Assembly (NCBI GenBank): GCA_943704425.1
Contig: CALSCP010002426.1
Coordinates: 42,565-106,564, forward strand
Direction of reading: 5' to 3'
Origin: Ministeria vibrans ATCC 50519
Taxonomy: Eukaryota; Protista; Filasterea
DNA length: 64,000 nucleotides
Shown here: one piece after another, positions 58,501 to 64,000 of the stretch
Numbering within the stretch: the first letter of the stretch is position 1
Layout: every line of letters begins with the position of its first letter
Notes under the pieces: generated by a model
Told to the model about the DNA's origin: nothing
Database searches by the model: none
The model's input: only the letters and a program-made list of their open reading frames with translations
Translations under genes and position numbers: made by a program

Positions 58501-58653
58501 ACCTTTTCCATCAGTCTGTCCCACTCACAAAATGTACATTGAAACAAACAGGCACAGTCCTTTTTTTACATACAGAGGTGGGTAGTGTATATACAATAGT
58601 TCTCTCTCTCTCTATCCCCCCTCTCTCTCTCTCCTTTAAGCATTCCCTGTGCA

Positions 58654-59728
58654 TTAACACATGACCACATTTTCAATGTGTTTTTGTAACTGTTGCACTC
58701 CTGAAAACCCAGTGATTGCTAAAACGAAGAGATATAAAAACAATAATAATTATTATTATATTAAAATTTAATAAATTGTTAGAATTTATTATTATTATTC
58801 TTAATAATAGTGTGTTACTACCTTCAGTTGAGACTGTATAGCAGTACGAAGTGATCGATGCACCACCGAGGTTTGGATCAATTTCCGCAAGGCGATCCGC
58901 TGTCGCGACAATGAGGGGCGCAAGGGAACGACGCCAAGCCAGATCGCACTTGGTAAAGACGACTCGCCAGGGGACGCGCGCCGCACCCAACGACTTGATA
59001 AACGACTCGTCGCTCTTCTTGAGGCCGTGCCGTGCGTCGAGCAGAATGTAGGCACAGCGAAGCGACGGGCGATTGTGCACGTACGAGTTAATGGTGCGCA
59101 GCCAGTCGGCACACCGATCCTCCGAGGCGTACGCAAAACCGTAGCCGGGAAAGTCGACAAAAACGGCGCGTCGTCGGAGTGTGTAAAAATTCAGAGACTG
59201 TGTGGCGCCCGGTCGATCGTCAACGTGCGCCAACGCTGAGCGCGTCAGCACATTGAGCAGCGAACTCTTGCCAACATTGCTGCGTCCCATAAACGCGACC
59301 TCAGGCATGGCATTGCCCACGACACGCTTCACCGTCCGAAGCTCGTCGGGCGTGCTCGCCTGTGCTGCAAGCCGTAGACGCGAACGAAACATGCCCGTCG
59401 TGCTGCGCTGCCAGTTGGTGATGTTGCTGTTGTAGGCTCGCTCGCGTCGACTCAGCGTCACCACCGAGTCGCGGCCCACTCCCTGGTGCTCCAGCTGCGC
59501 CCGCCACTGCTCGGCACGCGAGTCTTCCAGCCGTCGCTCCGTCGACTTGGTCGATCGAGAAGGGCGGATGCGACGCGAGTGCTCCAAGCCATCGTCGACG
59601 CGCCCCAGCGCAGCCATCAGACCCGTCAGTCTACCGGCCTTTTCCAGCATCGAACGAGACATATTACGGTAGGTGGTGGCGCACAGGTGGCGAGTGTGCT
59701 GTAGCGTGCCAATGCGCGCGATCAACAT
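58654..59728 (-). CDS. EngB/YihA-family GTPase (GTPBP8-like), probably mitochondrial
   Basis: PEVAFMGRSNVGKSSLLN, PGATQSLNFY, VDFPGYG, LLDARHG, FTKCD; Arg-rich N-terminus; last exon GVQQLQKHIENVVMC*. Confidence 0.9.
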
Positions 59729-60135
59729 GATGTAAAAAAAGAAGTGAAGAGAATAAAGAGATTACTCAGATTCGAGAAAAATAATTAATAATAATAATTT
59801 TATTATTATTATATTTTTATCTTTCAATTTTAATCAAGTCATTAAATTTAAAAGATGGATCGCCCAAGCCTATAGAGTATTACTCCGTAGTGAGAGACAG
59901 ACTGTGAGTACACGACGAACAAGTGTAAAGTGACTACAAGGTTTTATTTTTACTGGAGCGGAAGAAGTGGAAAACAATTATGTATAAATAAAGGAATGAT
60001 TGCACTTACTTCGTCCCACTCTCGCCTCGTTTCAACTTTTTTACTTTTCACAAGAAGAACACTCTTATAACGTAAAACACAATTCCATACAAAACGTTAT
60101 TCTTACTCAGTATATTTCTACAATCATCTCATCAG

Positions 60136-60958
60136 TCATCCGTGCAAATTGAGCTCCCTTTTCAGCTCGTCCACGTCCTGCTCGAGCCTCCGCTCATAGT
60201 ACACGTTCAAATAGAACTTGCCACGCTGTCCGAGTCGTCGCATGCGTGGCACAGACCGATGGAAGAGCTCACTGCGCTCCGACTGAGTCAACGACACCTG
60301 ACCCCCAATGCCCGACAGCAGTGTCATGGGCAAGCCCGTCTGTTCCCATTCAAACCACTTGACTGCCACCTCGTCTGCCACGCTAATACTGGCGCCCGTC
60401 AACACGTGCACAAAGTCGTGCGTCTCGCGATAGCGCTGCATCACATACGCCAGCTGTGCATCGTCAACAAAGTGCACTGGGCGCCGTGTGTCCGGCGTGA
60501 CCCCCTGCGCGTCCAGCCACTCCGCATATGCGTGCCCCAACGTATTGGGCGCAAACTTTCGCAGCTCGGTCAACGACAGCGTGTTTGATGTGATGCGAGG
60601 ACGTTCCTCAAGAATCTAACAGCAGCGAGTGAGTGAGTGAGTGAGTGAGTGAGTGAGTGAGTGAGCGAGCGAGTGTGACTGACACAAGAAACAAAAGGTA
60701 AGTTGTCGCTCTGACCTGTCTCCCTTCGGCACTCGCCTTCATCTTCGAATACATGTTGCGCAAGGCACACATCCCTGTAGTCTCGCCAAGCGTGGCAACC
60801 ATGTCTATACAGAGAGTGTGTGTCACAGGCACTCGTCCCTCTCATTCATTCTTCGTACCATCTCTCAACGGGTTTGCAAGAGCCATAAGTGACGATCCAG
60901 CGGTCAACATGACCTTTTGTAGCAGGCTCGTCGGTATGTGCCCGCCGTACAGTGCCAT
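60136..60958 (-). CDS. COQ4: Ubiquinone biosynthesis protein COQ4
   Basis: LYGGHIPTSLLQK...NPLRD|DMVATLGETT...|ILEERPRI...YVMQRYRETHDFVH...EVAVKWFE. Three exons. Confidence 0.95.
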
Positions 60959-61075
60959 GATAAAAAAAATGTGAATTACGACATTTTTTCTTTATTATGA
61001 TCGCAAATTCCGAATTAATTTTGAAGTGTTTTAACTATTAATTTTTGTACTTTTTTCTTGTGTGTGTGTGTCACT

Positions 61076-63396
61076 ATGGCTCGCCAACGTCCATTAAAAC
61101 AACCGCAACACGCACAAACGCAGGCTGTGTCGTCTAGCGACAGCATACCAGAGTATAGCGGCTTCACCGGACGTAATAACAGCACAAACTCAGCTCTTTT
61201 GACTCACTCACTCTCTCTCTCTCTCTCTCTCACTCACTCAAACGCGCACAGTCCACCGAATCGCCCTCTTCGCCATTGCCCTGGCGCTCTCCATCTTCCA
61301 CGCCCAGTACACCGAGAAGCTGCACGAGCTCTTTACGTGGTGGTCGACGCGCAATCTTCTGCAGAAAGAGACTTCCTTCCAATACGAACAGTCCATGTAC
61401 ACACACTCTCTCTCTCTTTCTTTCCCCTTTCAATAATATTATATAATTATATGTCTTCTAGGTATTACAACTACTGTAAAGATGTCGTCCAAGCACCCTC
61501 ACTCTTCACCGCCTTCTACGACCTTCTCTACGACCGTGGCTGGGAGGTAAAGGAGAAAACGGATCGGATCATTCACTCTTATGAAGATTTTGACAGGCCC
61601 CTGACACTATCAATGCCCTTCGGCGTTTCAATGTCCTCCCCGAGGTGCTTGTGGGCCTAGTCTATCGTCTCCTTGGCGGCTCAGATCTCACCGGCTCCAT
61701 TGATGTGTATCGACAAAGTGTGCTTGCCATGAATGGTCTCCTGTTGGGTGCACTCTTTGTGTGTGGTGCCATTGTGAGTCGTCGCTACGTGGGCGGATCT
61801 CTCGCGGCTCTCGTTTTTCTTGCCAATCATCAGCGGTTCACGCGTGTCTACCACAACATTCCAATGCGCGAGTCGTGGGGAGTGCCCCTCCTTGTGCTCC
61901 AGACAGCGACTGTGCTCCACTGGCTTGAGCTGCCGCGACACACGCAGGCGTCGCGCACGCTCCGCATTGCCCTGGTTACTCTTACCACGCTTTTTTTATC
62001 CGCCTGGCAATTTGCTCCGTTTGTCATGCTTGCCCAGTCGCTCTCGCTCACCCTCATGTTCCTTGGAAACTACCTGAGCACAGCGCGTCTCGAGCGTCTC
62101 CTCTCCACTCTCGTCGCCGGTTTCCTTTTCGCAACCTTCCTCCAATTTGCCAACATGCTCATGATCACGTCTCTCTTTCTCAACTTTTCCTGTGCCCTCC
62201 TTCTTCTTCTCCGTCTTCACCACCACCGCACGGGTACCTCGTCCTCCTCCTCCCTCACGCGTCTCTTCTTTGACACTTCCACCAATCGCTTTGTGCGTGC
62301 GCTCTGCCTTCTCCCGACCACCCTTGCCCTCACTGCCCTTGCCAAGACCCTTTTGGCGATTGTCTTCCAGGTGCGCGACGACACACACATCTTCGAGCTT
62401 CTCCGCGCCAAATTTGATCCGTCCTACAGCACATTTCAAACGGAAATCTATCTGATGGCCGTCGACTTCCAAGCTATTGGCTCAGACGACCTCATTGCCT
62501 ACACACAGACACTCGCTCTGCCCACAGCCCTTGTCGTTGCCGCTGTCATTCTCCTGCTTGTCCTGCGCGATCAGATTGTCGCTGCGCTTTTTCAGTCGTC
62601 AGTGGACGAGACTCCCGCTAAGAGCTCTCCTGCTGCTGCTGCTGCTGCTGCGCCTGTGCAAGTGCGTGCCTCCGTGGTGTACACGCTGCTCATGTTTGCC
62701 GCCATGGCGCTGCTGGCCGCTCTCTTTATGCGTCTCAAGTGTCTTGCTGCGCCCTTTCTGTGCCTTCTTTGTGCACTCGCTGCCGCCCCCGAACTCGAGC
62801 CTCTCACAACAGACCCACTTGACCGACTGCTGACGGTCAGTGTGCGCGAATCGCACGCAGTCAAGTCGACACGTCGTTTGCTAATCCTGACGGGTGTTTG
62901 CGCGGTTCTTGTCGCCGCCATGAGCCCCACGGCTCTAGCGAATGTTCATGCGCAATTTGAGAAGGAACTCGAGTGGGACCATCAACCGTTGCAGTCGATG
63001 ATGCAGTGGATCACCACCAACACGCCTGTCGACGCCATCTTCACAGCCGACATGGCCATCACTGCTCCCTTGCGATTGTGCACGGGCCGTCGTGTCACTA
63101 ACCACCCCCATTACGAGTCGGTGGAGATTCGCGAGCGCACACGTCGTCTCTACGAGTTTATGGGACAGTATAGCGTCCAGCATGTCCATGCACTTCTCAC
63201 CGCCGCTCACGCAAACTACCTTGTGATTGACACGACTCGCTGTGCGCGATTTGGCGAGCGTCTCCAGCCTTTCTTCGAGTCACCCGCCACCACGGCTGCC
63301 TCTGCCTGCAATCACCTTGATGAGCGTCCCAGTCTCTTTCAGCGGCGCTTCACCGAGCCCAAGGGGCAAATTGTTGTCTATGAAGTTGTAAACTAA
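61076..63396 (+). CDS. DPY19-family tryptophan C-mannosyltransferase
   Basis: ETSFQYEQSM|YYNYCK, INALRRFNVLPEV, TRV...PMRESW, WQFAPF, DDTHIFELLRAKF, MRLKCL, LCTGRRVTNHPHYESVEIRERT. Confidence 0.92.
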
Positions 63397-63848
63397 ATAA
63401 AAAAAGACGTGATGATAAAAAAATAATATTACCATAATAATAATAATATTTAGTAGAGGAAGAATACAACCCATTTATTAATGATACAGAAAATCAATTA
63501 GATTATTAGAAGAAGAAGAATACAACCCATTTCTGAATAGATTTAGACCCTGACGGCTGACAGACAGACAGAGTGACTGTCTGCCTGAATAAGATGAAGC
63601 TTATTTATTTCTCGCTTTTAGTTCTCTCTGTTCATTCACTCACACTCTCCCTCAGACGATTTTCCGACAAAGTGCGCCAGCTGCGCGCCAATGGCTGCGA
63701 GTGTCGCTTTCTCGGCGAATACTTCGAGAACCTCACTACGTCTCGCGTCTGAACATAATAAACGTTATCAATTACGCATACTCTACGAAGTACCTGACCC
63801 TTGTCTTCATTTTGTTTTTTCTTCTTTCTTCCAAGTTCCAATGTTTTC

Positions 63849-64000
63849 TCACACCGTCATTGCACCGGCCTTCCCGTCCATCACCACCATTAGCCGCTGC
63901 TCTATTTCAAGGAGTGCAACTCCTAGGTCGCGTACCGGCGTCTGGCTCACGACAAGCGCTCGCAGGCGGTCTTCCACCTCTGCAAACGTCGGCCGATCAC
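63849..64000 (-). CDS. C-terminus of a tyrosine (or TKL) protein kinase; rest outside window
   Basis: DRPTFAEVEDRL (subdomain XI), then PVRDLG...GAMTV*. Confidence 0.6.
   Translation of the reverse strand, partial: DRPTFAEVEDRLRALVVSQTPVRDLGVALLEIEQRLMVVMDGKAGAMTV

Overview
Gene-dense, intron-containing eukaryotic DNA (standard code, short GT-AG introns, many microsatellites, two 10-N gaps). The gene content points to a flagellated or centriole-bearing unicellular holozoan, possibly filasterean or choanoflagellate-like (inference): CBP/p300 with KIX and bromodomain, NELF-B, C2CD3, BBS12, MMS22L, DPY19, a BACE-like protease, a secreted cereblon/CULT protein and a tyrosine-kinase-like C-terminus. 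I spliced 29 complete or partial genes by eye; NELF-B is absent from the ORF track as a coherent protein and several others appear only as fragments. All family calls rest on recalled motifs, not searches. Main points of interest: (1) the secreted CULT ORF stops only 6 nt before the in-frame ATG of an SLC25A42-like carrier, and its stop codon also reads as a 3' splice acceptor, suggesting a bicistronic or trans-spliced unit; (2) at three sites, genes on both sides are cut at a pure dinucleotide microsatellite, most likely assembly collapse; (3) a dispersed ~28-nt element is associated with (CT)n tracts; (4) 12-nt and 7-nt microexons; (5) a myristoylated BASP1/MARCKS-like protein fused to ankyrin repeats; (6) a three-TAZ CBP; (7) a Mi-2-like CHD with one PHD and a C-terminal HMG-like segment. 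No rRNA, tRNA, CRISPR array or transposase was recognised.
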